From positions 8,021 to 72,020 of the IMG/VR virus record IMGVR_UViG_3300032668_000013: a DNA stretch of 64,000 nucleotides; one strand, written 5' to 3'. A program made the translations under genes and the position numbers. The notes under the pieces were generated by a model that saw only the letters and a program-made list of their open reading frames with translations, was not told where the DNA came from and did not search any database. Below, one piece after another: positions 29,868-39,838 of this stretch. How positions within the stretch are numbered: the stretch's first letter is position 1; every line of letters starts with the position of its first letter. The stretch comes from a virus.

Positions 29868-30223
29868 ATTTTAATAAATAATCAATTTTAGCATTTCTCA
29901 AAATACCTGAAGTTTCTATATATTCTTTAGTAAAAATATCATGTATATTTAATGTTCGTGAATATGCTCTTAATACACTTGACCACTTATCAGAGGGGGG
30001 ATAATGTTAACCATAATGTCTCTACTTGAAAAAAAGTATCACTTGATCTTTTAAATGGATCTCCTATAAATAAGGGATAACCATTATTTATAAATTTAGG
30101 TAATAATCCTTTATAATGTTCTATGTTTATGTTTAAAACGGATAATAAATCATTTATTTCAGTTTGAGTTCCTAACATTTTTATTATATCAGATACTTCT
30201 TTTTCTAATTTTTCTTTAGTCAT
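29866..30223 (-). CDS. Hypothetical protein interrupted by a +1 frameshift at a G6/C6 run
   Basis: Frame 0 stops at 29990; the +1 frame continues SDKWSSVLRAY...LRNAKIDYLLK* to the terminator. Confidence 0.6.
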
Positions 30224-30234
30224 TTTTTAATTTT

Positions 30235-30600
30235 TTATTTTTCTAAAATCTTTGTAAGTAAAATATCTCGATGTATTCCTATTTTAATAACGTAATCTTT
30301 GTAATTTACTTCATTCACATAATCATCTACAAAACATCCTCTTAAATAGTTATCATATAATTTATATACCATAAATGGTTGATTTATGTCATGATAATAA
30401 TCATAACTCTTACATACATGCGGTATTTCTAATACCTTGTTATCTTTTATATACATGCAAAGAAATACTGTAAGATCAACATTAAAATAAATATTTCTAT
30501 TATTAGCCAAATTTTTTATAACTTCTACAGATGGAACTATCGGTCCTAATGAAGTAAAAAAATTTATTCTTTCATCTACATGAATTGGTAATATTATTAT
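30235..30600 (-). CDS. Hypothetical protein with C-terminal RD..L..IL tag
   Basis: Ends HRDILLTKILEK; start approximate, near the overlap with the guaC stop. Confidence 0.5.
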   Translation of the reverse strand: MIILPIHVDERINFFTSLGPIVPSVEVIKNLANNRNIYFNVDLTVFLCMYIKDNKVLEIPHVCKSYDYYHDINQPFMVYKLYDNYLRGCFVDDYVNEVNYKDYVIKIGIHRDILLTKILEK

Positions 30601-31145
30601 CATATATAATATACATTTAAGAAACATTTCAAATCTTTACCACCTCCATATGATATAGAACTTTGTAAACATTCTGTTAAAAACTTATATTCTTCTAAAA
30701 AAGTTTTATTCTTTAATGGAACTCTTTTAGATATTCCTTCAATTCTTGAAGTTTTTCCACTTTGTCTGTTAGATGCAGAACCCCACATTTCTTTAAATGA
30801 ACCTTCTGTTGTATAAATAGTTTCCCCTGGTGAATCTAAAAATCCACCTAACATACCACCAATCATTACACAAGTAGCACCTAAAACAAGTGATTTAGCA
30901 ATATCACCTGGTTCCCTAATTCCCCCATCCGCTATAATTGGTTTAGTAGCAACTGTCGCACATTCTTTAATAACTGATGCTTGACAATCACGAGATCCAA
31001 AACCTGTATTCATAGCAGTTGAACAGAAAGAATTGTGAACAATAATATTTTCTATATTATATGACTCGTCTTCTTCTATTGTTAGGTCTATAACTTCACC
31101 TAAATAATTAACCTCTTCTATACTTTCAATTTCAATAAATTCCAT
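30600..31145 (-). CDS. guaC: Split-intein C-half (38 aa) + GMP reductase C-terminal extein
   Basis: VIDLTIE...IIVHN|SFCST; IIADGGIR..GDIAK; LQSSISYGGG. Confidence 0.9.
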   Translation of the reverse strand: MEFIEIESIEEVNYLGEVIDLTIEEDESYNIENIIVHNSFCSTAMNTGFGSRDCQASVIKECATVATKPIIADGGIREPGDIAKSLVLGATCVMIGGMLGGFLDSPGETIYTTEGSFKEMWGSASNRQSGKTSRIEGISKRVPLKNKTFLEEYKFLTECLQSSISYGGGKDLKCFLNVYYI

Positions 31146-32079
31146 ATTTTTTTAATATTTTAATAAATTCATTATTATTTATTTCGGTTTCCCATAGATA
31201 AATAATACTATATTTTTTATCTTCTGCGTATTCTTTTTTTATTTGATCTAAATTAATTTTATATTCTTGTCTTTCATTTAAATTCTTTTTATTCATATCT
31301 GTATTAGAGTAAATGGTAGGATTTGAATGCCAGTAATCTCCATGTGTTTCTATTATAAGATTTTTATCGTTTAATAAAAAGTCAAATTGATATTTTTTAT
31401 CTAAAATAAAATTATACTTAAAATCTATATTTAACGTTTTTAGATATTTTTCTACTTTTATTTCTATAGAAGTTTTTTTATACAAACCTTTTGATAATCT
31501 TTCAATCATTAAATCTCTCATTTTATCTTTATGTTCTTTTGTATTAGTAGATAAAATCAATTTATTAATATGATTTTTATATAATAAATTTGCTTTCTCT
31601 TCTCCATATTTATCTAACCAAACACCATAAAAAGATTTACCAAACATTCCATTATTAGGTCCAATTCTTTTAGATTTTTCTTTGTGTTCTTTTATCAAGA
31701 GGGTTCTCGTTTCTTCATCATATTTATTTGACCAAACTTGATAAAGATCTTTTCCGAAAAAATGATTTTTTTCTCCTTTCATAGAATCAGATTTTTCTAA
31801 TCTTTTTTTCTCATCCCATTTTTTACCAAATTGATGATTTTTCTCTCCAATTTGCTTACATGTTCTACATAAAAAATTATCTTTTAATAAATATTCTTTA
31901 GAAGGCTTAGTTTTCCAAATAGATTTTTTATCACATTCATCACAAACGAAATATATACTATAAGTTTCTTTTTTAAGAGGTGTTGGTTCATCTAAACTAT
32001 AGAATGTTTTTCCAGTTTTTTCATCTAAAAAATTAACTAATATATCATTAATTTTAAATTTTAATTTTAATTTTATCAT
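31132..32079 (-). CDS. Vsr/DUF559-like homing endonuclease inside fractured guaC
   Basis: GEKNH.FGK repeats; TSIE...FDF...IIETHGDYWH...LWETE. Confidence 0.8.
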   Translation of the reverse strand: MIKLKLKFKINDILVNFLDEKTGKTFYSLDEPTPLKKETYSIYFVCDECDKKSIWKTKPSKEYLLKDNFLCRTCKQIGEKNHQFGKKWDEKKRLEKSDSMKGEKNHFFGKDLYQVWSNKYDEETRTLLIKEHKEKSKRIGPNNGMFGKSFYGVWLDKYGEEKANLLYKNHINKLILSTNTKEHKDKMRDLMIERLSKGLYKKTSIEIKVEKYLKTLNIDFKYNFILDKKYQFDFLLNDKNLIIETHGDYWHSNPTIYSNTDMNKKNLNERQEYKINLDQIKKEYAEDKKYSIIYLWETEINNNEFIKILKKYGIY

Positions 32080-32118
32080 ATAGTATATATTAAAATATAT
32101 ACGTCCTACTCCAACTTT

Positions 32119-32940
32119 TTATAATTTAACTAAAAGATGAATTTCCTTATTTAATTTTTCAGCTTCAATAAAAAAACCATAATCATTTAAATTTTGTTCA
32201 TTAACAAAATCTTTATCACTTTTTAATATAACGTAAAATTCATGACTCTTTGTGCATGGAGCTAATCCATTTATTGATAATAAATCAAACTCTGTGGTTT
32301 TAGAATGTTTATTTAAAACTCTCTTATACCTATTTTTATGAGTTAAAACATAATCATCTAAAGAAATTTCACTTAGACTTTTTAACCCATTTTTAGTCAT
32401 AACTTCAGCATCTGCTGTAAAACAACCTGGTGCTATCCCAACTTTTGTAGCATGAGCTCCCCAAGATTCTAAATCAGAAACTCCTTCGGGAGTTGATACA
32501 TTACCTGCTATAATAAAAGATCCTGGTAAATTAGCTTTGATATATTTTATCATATCTTTCATTTTAACAGAATGTCCATGAGCAATATCAATCGTAATAA
32601 AATCAGGATAAGTATCGTTATCTACAAATTTATCTACTAATTGATAAGCATCTTCATTTACTCCCATAGAAATAGATGATATTAGCAATTTAGATTTCAT
32701 CATTTTATGAAATTCAAACATATCGTTATCAAATCGGTGCATTATATAAAAATAACCTGCTTCTGCTAATTTTATACATAAGTCTTCGTTAATAACTGAT
32801 TCCATATTTGATGGAACTATTGGCATCTTAAATGTAAAATTACCTAATTTTAAGCTTGTATCACATTCAGAACGGCTATCTACAATACATTTTTTTGGGA
32901 CTAGGTTAATGTCCTTGTAATCAAATTTTTTCATATACAT
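32119..32940 (-). CDS. guaC: GMP reductase (type 2) N-terminal extein + split-intein N-half (101 aa)
   Basis: FDYKDINLVP..CIVDSRSECDT, GYFYIMHRF, TIDIAHGHS, KVGIAPG|CFTAD...CTKSHEF. Confidence 0.9.
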   Translation of the reverse strand: MYMKKFDYKDINLVPKKCIVDSRSECDTSLKLGNFTFKMPIVPSNMESVINEDLCIKLAEAGYFYIMHRFDNDMFEFHKMMKSKLLISSISMGVNEDAYQLVDKFVDNDTYPDFITIDIAHGHSVKMKDMIKYIKANLPGSFIIAGNVSTPEGVSDLESWGAHATKVGIAPGCFTADAEVMTKNGLKSLSEISLDDYVLTHKNRYKRVLNKHSKTTEFDLLSINGLAPCTKSHEFYVILKSDKDFVNEQNLNDYGFFIEAEKLNKEIHLLVKL

Positions 32941-32946
32941 AATTTA

Positions 32947-33252
32947 TTAATAAAAAGAATATTTGCCATTATCTACTATACAATAGATATTACACGGAGT
33001 TAAATAGATCCCATTTTCTTCTTCTCTAACAGAACATCTTAAAAATCCATCTATTTGATTATTATTTATAACTCTAACAGTCATATTATTTAATCCTTTT
33101 AGGATTATTGAGTTAGAATCTTCATTAGGAAAGAAAAATTCATCTTTATTTTTTAAAATTTTACCATTTCCTTCTTCACCAAAATAAGTATTATTTATTA
33201 TTTCTCTAAGTTTAGTTTCGTCAGTAAATTCAATTTTAATTTCGTATTTCAT
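32947..33252 (-). CDS. Hypothetical protein
   Basis: 101-aa ORF tightly packed in the operon. Confidence 0.55.
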   Translation of the reverse strand: MKYEIKIEFTDETKLREIINNTYFGEEGNGKILKNKDEFFFPNEDSNSIILKGLNNMTVRVINNNQIDGFLRCSVREEENGIYLTPCNIYCIVDNGKYSFY

Positions 33253-34124
33253 TATATATTTTTTAATTGTTCAAAAATCGCTTTCTTTTCAGGAGTTAAA
33301 GTTTTTGGAATTTCTATTGAGAAAATAACAACAATACTTCCTCTACCTCTTACATTTCCACCCATATCTATGATAGGAATTCCTTTTCCATTAAATATTT
33401 GTTTACTACCAACTTCTGTTCCTGCGGGCACATTTACTTTTATTTTACCAGTTGGTGCATTTATATCAAAATTAGTACCTAATACAAAATCAGTAATACT
33501 TAATTTTCTTTCATATACTAAATCAGAATTAATTCTTGAAAACTCAGTATACTGTTCTTCTTCAATTATTACATGAAGATCACCTGGTTGTCCGTCTAAT
33601 ATTTCATTACCTTTACCAGGCATGTTCAATGTCATACCCGTTCCAACACCTGCTGGAAAATTAATTTCAACAGTATCTTCTGCTGTTATAACAGTGTTAT
33701 TTTTAACAATATTTCTTGGGTATTTAATGGTTCTATTACAACCATTAATAATTTCATTAATACTTAATGTAAGTTTAATTCTTAAATCACTACCTTTTCT
33801 AATTCTTTGTTGGTTAAAGAAATGTGAAAATATATCTTCTACATTAAAACCACCACCAAATGGACTACCATTTCCAAATGGATTACCTCCACCAAAAGGA
33901 TTATCTCCTATATTGTTATCATATTTAAACTTTTTATCATTATCTGATAAAACTTCATAAGCCTCAGTTATTTCTTTAAACTTTGCTTCATCTCCCCCTT
34001 TATCCGGGTGGTGAGTCATAGCCAATTTTCTAAAATTAACTTTAATTTTTTTATTAAGCTCATCTGAACTTAATTTTTTATCTTCTTCTGATAAATTTAA
34101 TAATTTGTAGTAATCTTTTTTCAT
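33252..34124 (-). CDS. dnaJ: DnaJ/CbpA-type co-chaperone lacking the Zn finger
   Basis: DYY..L, HPD, EAYEVLSD, G/F-rich linker, GDL C-terminal domain. Confidence 0.9.
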   Translation of the reverse strand: MKKDYYKLLNLSEEDKKLSSDELNKKIKVNFRKLAMTHHPDKGGDEAKFKEITEAYEVLSDNDKKFKYDNNIGDNPFGGGNPFGNGSPFGGGFNVEDIFSHFFNQQRIRKGSDLRIKLTLSINEIINGCNRTIKYPRNIVKNNTVITAEDTVEINFPAGVGTGMTLNMPGKGNEILDGQPGDLHVIIEEEQYTEFSRINSDLVYERKLSITDFVLGTNFDINAPTGKIKVNVPAGTEVGSKQIFNGKGIPIIDMGGNVRGRGSIVVIFSIEIPKTLTPEKKAIFEQLKNI

Positions 34125-35092
34125 ATTTTATTTATTTTATTTAATAAATCTTGTTCTGTAGAAATAATTTCATCTAAATAATTTTGATAAGTAAATTTAC
34201 TATTATTAGTAAAATATATAATTTTTATATTATTTTTTTTACATAAATCATATTTTATTTTATCTCTTTCTTTTATTTTTTCAAATACTTTTATTATATG
34301 TTCTTCTCCTTTATTTCCAAAATCAATAGGTATAAAATGTTGGTCTTCTTGACATTCAATAGCTATTGAATGATCTGGTAAATAAAAATCTAAAGATTGT
34401 AATTTTAACCAATCTGATTTATATTCCCTTATATAAGAAATATCTAATTTTTTTAGAATATTTTCAATAAAAATCTCTAATTTACTTTCTTTACATAGAG
34501 GACATCCTTGTCCTGATAAATGTTTAAAAGGTTTTTGTAAAAAAACCCCATGTTTTTCACAAACTATTTTTATTTTTATTTCAGTATTTACATAATCTAC
34601 AAAGTCATAGTTATATTTATCTCCATGTTTTTCATAACATTCAATTAAAAATTGTTCTTGTGTTTTTGTATTTTTTATCTTAGCCTTATTTATACCACAT
34701 TTAGGACAACCAACTCCTTTAATATGCTGAAATGGTCTTATTTCAAAAGAACCATGTTCTAAACAATTAATTTTAATCTTTGTTTTATTATTAATATAGA
34801 TAACATCTTTATAATCATAAAAATCATTATGTATTTTTCTAACTTTACTTAGAAATTCATTAGGATTTGTTCTTAACTTTTTATTTAAAATTAATTTAGA
34901 ACACTCTTTACAACCATCTCCTATTAAATGATTACAAGCTTTTTGCCAAAAATCACCATGAAGTTTACAAGTAATGCAAACTTTAGTATGTGCATTTATA
35001 TATAATAATTTATCATATAAATATTTATCCCCATGTCTTTCAATAGCTCTTTCTATAAAAATTTCATTATTTAATTTTTTATTATTTTTCAT
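34121..35092 (-). CDS. Homing-endonuclease-like protein with Zn-binding repeats
   Basis: Three HG.KY.Y...C..HG.F...H..G.GC..C repeats plus LDFYLP...AIECQ..QH. Confidence 0.75.
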   Translation of the reverse strand: MKNNKKLNNEIFIERAIERHGDKYLYDKLLYINAHTKVCITCKLHGDFWQKACNHLIGDGCKECSKLILNKKLRTNPNEFLSKVRKIHNDFYDYKDVIYINNKTKIKINCLEHGSFEIRPFQHIKGVGCPKCGINKAKIKNTKTQEQFLIECYEKHGDKYNYDFVDYVNTEIKIKIVCEKHGVFLQKPFKHLSGQGCPLCKESKLEIFIENILKKLDISYIREYKSDWLKLQSLDFYLPDHSIAIECQEDQHFIPIDFGNKGEEHIIKVFEKIKERDKIKYDLCKKNNIKIIYFTNNSKFTYQNYLDEIISTEQDLLNKINKI

Positions 35093-35192
35093 TACTTATA
35101 TATTAAGTATCTAGGTTTCTAGGTTTCTGTATACTTTTTTTGTTTAAAATACTTAATATATATATATAATTATATATTAATAAAGTTTTATT

Positions 35193-35543
35193 ATGGACTA
35201 TATAGTGATTAATGAATTTGGTGATAGGGAGATTATTTTTTCAAATAAATTATTGGAATATAAGTTATTATGGAAAGGTCATAAATTATCCATAGCTAAT
35301 GACCAATCCACATTAAAATCTTTAATAAAAATGTTTGAAGCAAGAAATCCAAAAAAAGAGTATTCTTTGGATTACAAAAAATGGATTCAAACATTTTCAA
35401 TGAAAGAAATCTCGTATAGAGATAATTGTTGGAATGATATAAGTAGCTATGGATTAGATAAAACATATAAGGATATATTAGAAATAATGAATACCAAATT
35501 TGGTTATTTTAATAAATTATTTATATACGAAAAAACAAAATAA
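35193..35543 (+). CDS. Hypothetical protein
   Basis: 116-aa ORF after TTAATATATA at 35153. Confidence 0.55.
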   Translation: MDYIVINEFGDREIIFSNKLLEYKLLWKGHKLSIANDQSTLKSLIKMFEARNPKKEYSLDYKKWIQTFSMKEISYRDNCWNDISSYGLDKTYKDILEIMNTKFGYFNKLFIYEKTK

Positions 35544-35545
35544 AT

Positions 35546-35926
35546 ATGAAACATTTACAAACATTTAATGAAAGAAACCTAATAAATAAGATGTTATTTA
35601 AAGATGAAAGTATAATACTTAAAGTTATTAACTCTTTAAAAACAAAGTGTCCTCCAAAAAATATCAAGGTAGTAAATAATCCTATTAAACCTGTTAAGAA
35701 ATTTCAAATAGATCAAAAATTACAAAAATTCAAAACTATAAAATTTTTCACAACTACTCCAACAAAAGAAGATTTTCAAATTACTGATGTAAAAATAGTT
35801 CTTTATTGTCAAGATTATTTATTAAGAACTAATTTGCTTATAGCAGTATTTGTTGATAACAAAGAATTAGAATGTAGTGAAAAATCTAAAGAAGAATTAT
35901 ATAATATTGTTAAAAGTTATATTTAA
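35546..35926 (+). CDS. Hypothetical protein with CTS-like N-terminus
   Basis: MKHLQTFNE. Confidence 0.55.
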   Translation: MKHLQTFNERNLINKMLFKDESIILKVINSLKTKCPPKNIKVVNNPIKPVKKFQIDQKLQKFKTIKFFTTTPTKEDFQITDVKIVLYCQDYLLRTNLLIAVFVDNKELECSEKSKEELYNIVKSYI

Positions 35927-36411
35927 TAGTTATTAAAGTTTAATAACTTCTTAACATTATTTGAATAATAAAATTCATAATTAATGTTTTTTAATGTTAA
36001 TTTAAGTAATTCTAATTTTTCTATTTTTAGAGATAAATCATTTAGATAAACATCTAAATCTTTAAGAGCCATTTTCCAATTTATTTCACAATTCCAATGT
36101 GAAGGAAATTTATCTCTAAAATTAGAGATAGCTAATTCAACTGATTTCTTTTTTACTAAAATTTCATCACCATCTTTCATTGATTTAATACTCAAAAAAT
36201 GAATGAAGTAATCATTAAATCTATGAATTAGATTATCAGTTTCCATTACTTTTAATAAACCAATAACTATTCCATTTCTTTCACTTAATTCGAATTCTTT
36301 ATCTTCTGCTAAAATCTTTTCTGATTCTTTTTCAGAACCAACTACATAATATACATATGTATCCCATAAACCTCTTTTAACTATATCTGATGGTTTAACC
36401 ATTATTTTCAT
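35923..36411 (-). CDS. Hypothetical protein
   Basis: 162-aa ORF with AAAC-N17-TATATT upstream. Confidence 0.6.
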   Translation of the reverse strand: MKIMVKPSDIVKRGLWDTYVYYVVGSEKESEKILAEDKEFELSERNGIVIGLLKVMETDNLIHRFNDYFIHFLSIKSMKDGDEILVKKKSVELAISNFRDKFPSHWNCEINWKMALKDLDVYLNDLSLKIEKLELLKLTLKNINYEFYYSNNVKKLLNFNNY

Positions 36412-36456
36412 ATAAATATATTTCTTTTTTTAATATAGAATAATTATAGAAAAAGT

Positions 36457-36816
36457 TTACTTAAACTTAAAAGTATAATTAAATGGATCTCCTTGTCCAC
36501 CTCCTGTCCTATAAGTTAGGACGTTATCACACTCAGGACAATATTCTACTTCCCAAGTTCTATCTGGTCTTTCTGAGGAAAACTCTTGTAAACAAGAATC
36601 ACAACACCAAATAACATTTGTTAAATAAAGACTAATATCCCATCTATAATTATGTCTAAATTTTGAAAAAATCTCAGGTGTCATTAAATTACTTTCTAAT
36701 AATTTAACTATTCTATGATTTTCATAAATCATTTTGGTATAGTAAGGAATATCAGAAACTTTCTTTTCTAAGATAAAAGTAGTATATAATTCTATACGTT
36801 CCTTAAATCTTTCCAT
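36457..36816 (-). CDS. Hypothetical Zn-ribbon protein
   Basis: CDSC...CPEC. Confidence 0.55.
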   Translation of the reverse strand: MERFKERIELYTTFILEKKVSDIPYYTKMIYENHRIVKLLESNLMTPEIFSKFRHNYRWDISLYLTNVIWCCDSCLQEFSSERPDRTWEVEYCPECDNVLTYRTGGGQGDPFNYTFKFK

Positions 36817-37331
36817 TATTTCTTTTTTGGTTTAAGAATCATTAACCATTTATTACCTTCCATTTTTGGAAGAGTTTCAGGAAGTCCATATTCACTTAAT
36901 GTTTCAGCAAATTTTAACATTACCAATTCACCAGCAGCAGGCATAGTTCTTTGTCTGCCTTTTAGTGTAATTACACATTTAACTTTATCGTTTTCTTCTA
37001 AAAACTCTTTGGCTTTTTTAGCTTTGGTTAATAAATCATTTTCAGCGATATTTGGACTAAGTTGAATTTCTTTCATCTCAGTCTTAGTTGAATTTTTCTT
37101 TTTTTCTTTCTCAGCTTTTTCTATATCATATAGAAATTTTTGATAATCTTCTATTCTAACAACAGGTGGATTAGCAGTTTCTGAAATAAGAATTAAATCC
37201 AATCCTTCTGCTTCCGCCATTTTAAAAGCTTCATAAGATGATACGATTGTTTGTATCCCATCTTTAACAAGACGAACTCTATCGAATCTAACTTCTCCGT
37301 TAATTTTGTGTTTTCTAGTTTTTTTTGCCAA
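36816..37331 (-). CDS. infC: Translation initiation factor IF-3
   Basis: IN..VR...GLDLILIS..ANPPV.RI.DY.KF.Y; KEIQLSPNI..ND; DKVK; TTG start. Confidence 0.92.
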   Translation of the reverse strand: MAKKTRKHKINGEVRFDRVRLVKDGIQTIVSSYEAFKMAEAEGLDLILISETANPPVVRIEDYQKFLYDIEKAEKEKKKNSTKTEMKEIQLSPNIAENDLLTKAKKAKEFLEENDKVKCVITLKGRQRTMPAAGELVMLKFAETLSEYGLPETLPKMEGNKWLMILKPKKK

Positions 37332-37369
37332 TTTTTTTAATTTTTGTTTTTTTATATAGCAAATATAAT

Positions 37370-37402
37370 AAAAAAAGTTGATTTAAAAAAATCAACTTTT
37401 TT
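37370..37402. terminator. Intrinsic terminator after the recombinase gene
   Basis: AAAAAAGTTGATTT-AAAA-AAATCAACTTTTTT. Confidence 0.7.
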
Positions 37403-37420
37403 CTTTTTTATCTGAAAGAT

Positions 37421-38644
37421 TTATTCACCAAATAAATCTTCTGCATTCAAATCATCTGCATCTCTTTCATCATCTCCTTCATCAACAATAGCATCAAATT
37501 GACTATTTACTTCTTCTAATTCTTCCAAAGATTTAAATCTAAAATATTCATTTACAATTGGTTCCATTGCTTTTAATACATCAGGGGTAAATATACCAGG
37601 GGTAAATAATTGTTTTAATGTAAAAGATTTATCTAAATGTCTAACATACCAACGAGTTCCACCAGGAGTAAATGCGAATTCACCAGTTTTTTTATTAACT
37701 TCTGCCTTTCCTTGAGCAATACCAATTTGTTCGAAATATTCAGGGCGACAAAAAGCTTCTAAACCTGTGAAAGGATTCATACCATTTACAAATGATATAT
37801 CAAAACGAATTTTTTTAGGTTTAGCTAAACGATTTTTAACACATTTAAATAAAACACTTATACCTGATGCTCCTAAATCCATATCATCAACATTAGAATC
37901 TTTTAATTTTGATTTTGACATCATTCCGATAACTGAAGCAGAATATAAAAGTCCATTTCCACCTCGCAATTTTTCAACACTAAACATATCAAGTGTTTGA
38001 TATGTTTGATTAGCAACTAAAAGAGGTATATCTAAAAATCCTAAATCAGTATTAATACTTCTAAACATAGATCCTAGAGCTTTTGCTTTAGTCATATCTT
38101 GTTTAATATTACCAGCCAATAAATCTTCTTTTTCTTTATTTGATGCCATTTGACCCAGTGAATCGATAACAATTAATAATTTTGGTAATTCAAATCCTGC
38201 TAATTTTTGATCTTTAAGTTCATCTAATAATTGTGTTAATAACATATTAACATCTTCTACTTTATTAGAACGAATTAATCTAAACTTTTCTAATGAATTA
38301 TCAATTCCATAATTAGGTAAATCTTGTAAATCTATACTTTGTTCAGTATCAATATAAATTACTGAATATCCAGATTTTTGAGCATTTTTTGCAACAGAAT
38401 AACAAATAAACGACTTACCTGCTCCACTTTCTCCTGCTACACAACTTATTCTATTTGTTGATATACCACCTCCTAATAATTTTCCAGATAAACATGCATC
38501 CAATAAATAAACACCTGTTGATAAGAATTTTCTTTCTTTAATTTCTTTCTCAATTTGAATAGGTATAGTTTTTCCTATATTATCTAATACAGTTCCAATT
38601 TTACTAAATTCAAATTTTTTAACTTCTTTTGCTGCTTTTGCCAT
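37421..38644 (-). CDS. uvsX: RecA/UvsX recombinase
   Basis: STG..LD..LSG, GESGAGKS, YIDTE, VIDSLG, GG.GL.Y.AS, KNR. Confidence 0.9.
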   Translation of the reverse strand: MAKAAKEVKKFEFSKIGTVLDNIGKTIPIQIEKEIKERKFLSTGVYLLDACLSGKLLGGGISTNRISCVAGESGAGKSFICYSVAKNAQKSGYSVIYIDTEQSIDLQDLPNYGIDNSLEKFRLIRSNKVEDVNMLLTQLLDELKDQKLAGFELPKLLIVIDSLGQMASNKEKEDLLAGNIKQDMTKAKALGSMFRSINTDLGFLDIPLLVANQTYQTLDMFSVEKLRGGNGLLYSASVIGMMSKSKLKDSNVDDMDLGASGISVLFKCVKNRLAKPKKIRFDISFVNGMNPFTGLEAFCRPEYFEQIGIAQGKAEVNKKTGEFAFTPGGTRWYVRHLDKSFTLKQLFTPGIFTPDVLKAMEPIVNEYFRFKSLEELEEVNSQFDAIVDEGDDERDADDLNAEDLFGE

Positions 38645-38769
38645 TTTTAATAATTATTTTTATAAAGTATATATAATTTTTATATTACTCCCTTTTAAAT
38701 TATTTTATTTTTTATTAAAAGAATTATCAAAAGGGGGTATTATAATTTTAATATATAAAAATAAAAAAT

Positions 38770-39828
38770 ATGACAAAACAAGAATTTTTAGATAGAGCAC
38801 ATGCTATACATGGATATAAATATGAATACTTAAATTTAAAAGACAAAATTTTATCAAATGAAAGTATAGATATTTTATATAATGGGATTTTATATAAACA
38901 AAAAGTAGTAAAACATATTTTATTAGGAAGATGCCCAGAAAAAAATACACCACTAAAAACAACTGAAGAATTTATAAAAGAAGCAAAAAATAAATGGGGA
39001 GATAAATATGATTATTCATTAACTAATTACACAGGAGCTTTAAAAAAAATAAAAATAAAATATGAAGGAATAATATTTGAACAAATAGCTAATTCACATT
39101 TAAATTATGCACCTGAATTAAATATGAACCAAGAATATTTTATATATAAAGCAAAAAGTAAATGGGGGGATATATATGATTATTCCTTAGTTGAATATAA
39201 AAATTGTAAAGAAAAAGTAAAAATTATTTTTAATAAAACTAAAGAGATATTTGAACAATCTCCAGAGTGTCATTTAATATATCCACCTGAAGGATTAAAT
39301 AAAATTTATTCAAATGATAAATTTATTCATGAATCTAATATTATTCATGATAATAAATTTATTTACTATAAGACTAATTATATAAATACAAAAACTAAGG
39401 TAATAATAACTTGTCCTATTCATGGAGATTTTAACCAAACTCCAAATTCACATTTACAAGGTAATGGATGTTCTTTATGTAATGAGTCAAAAGGGGAAAA
39501 AAATATAAATAGATTTTTAACGGAAAATAATATTGTTTTTGAAAGACAAAAAAAATTTGAAGATTGTAAAAATATTTTTTGTTTACCATTTGATTTTTAT
39601 ATACCTTCATTAAGAATTTGTATAGAATTTGATGGTGTTCAACATTATAAAGCATTATCATATTTTGGCGGTCAAGAATCATTTGAAAAAACTAAAATAA
39701 ATGATAAGATTAAAAATGATTATTGTGAAGATAATTTTATTAATTTAATTCGTATTCGTTATGATCAAATCGAAGATATTGAATATATCTTAAAAAGATC
39801 TTTATCAGCGTATAAATCACTCCTCTAA
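38770..39828 (+). CDS. Homing-endonuclease-like protein (paralog of 34121-35092)
   Basis: WGDKYDYS repeats, CPIHG.F.Q...HL.G.GC..C, LPFDFY...IEFDG.QH. Confidence 0.78.
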   Translation: MTKQEFLDRAHAIHGYKYEYLNLKDKILSNESIDILYNGILYKQKVVKHILLGRCPEKNTPLKTTEEFIKEAKNKWGDKYDYSLTNYTGALKKIKIKYEGIIFEQIANSHLNYAPELNMNQEYFIYKAKSKWGDIYDYSLVEYKNCKEKVKIIFNKTKEIFEQSPECHLIYPPEGLNKIYSNDKFIHESNIIHDNKFIYYKTNYINTKTKVIITCPIHGDFNQTPNSHLQGNGCSLCNESKGEKNINRFLTENNIVFERQKKFEDCKNIFCLPFDFYIPSLRICIEFDGVQHYKALSYFGGQESFEKTKINDKIKNDYCEDNFINLIRIRYDQIEDIEYILKRSLSAYKSLL

Positions 39829-39838
39829 AGGAATGATT

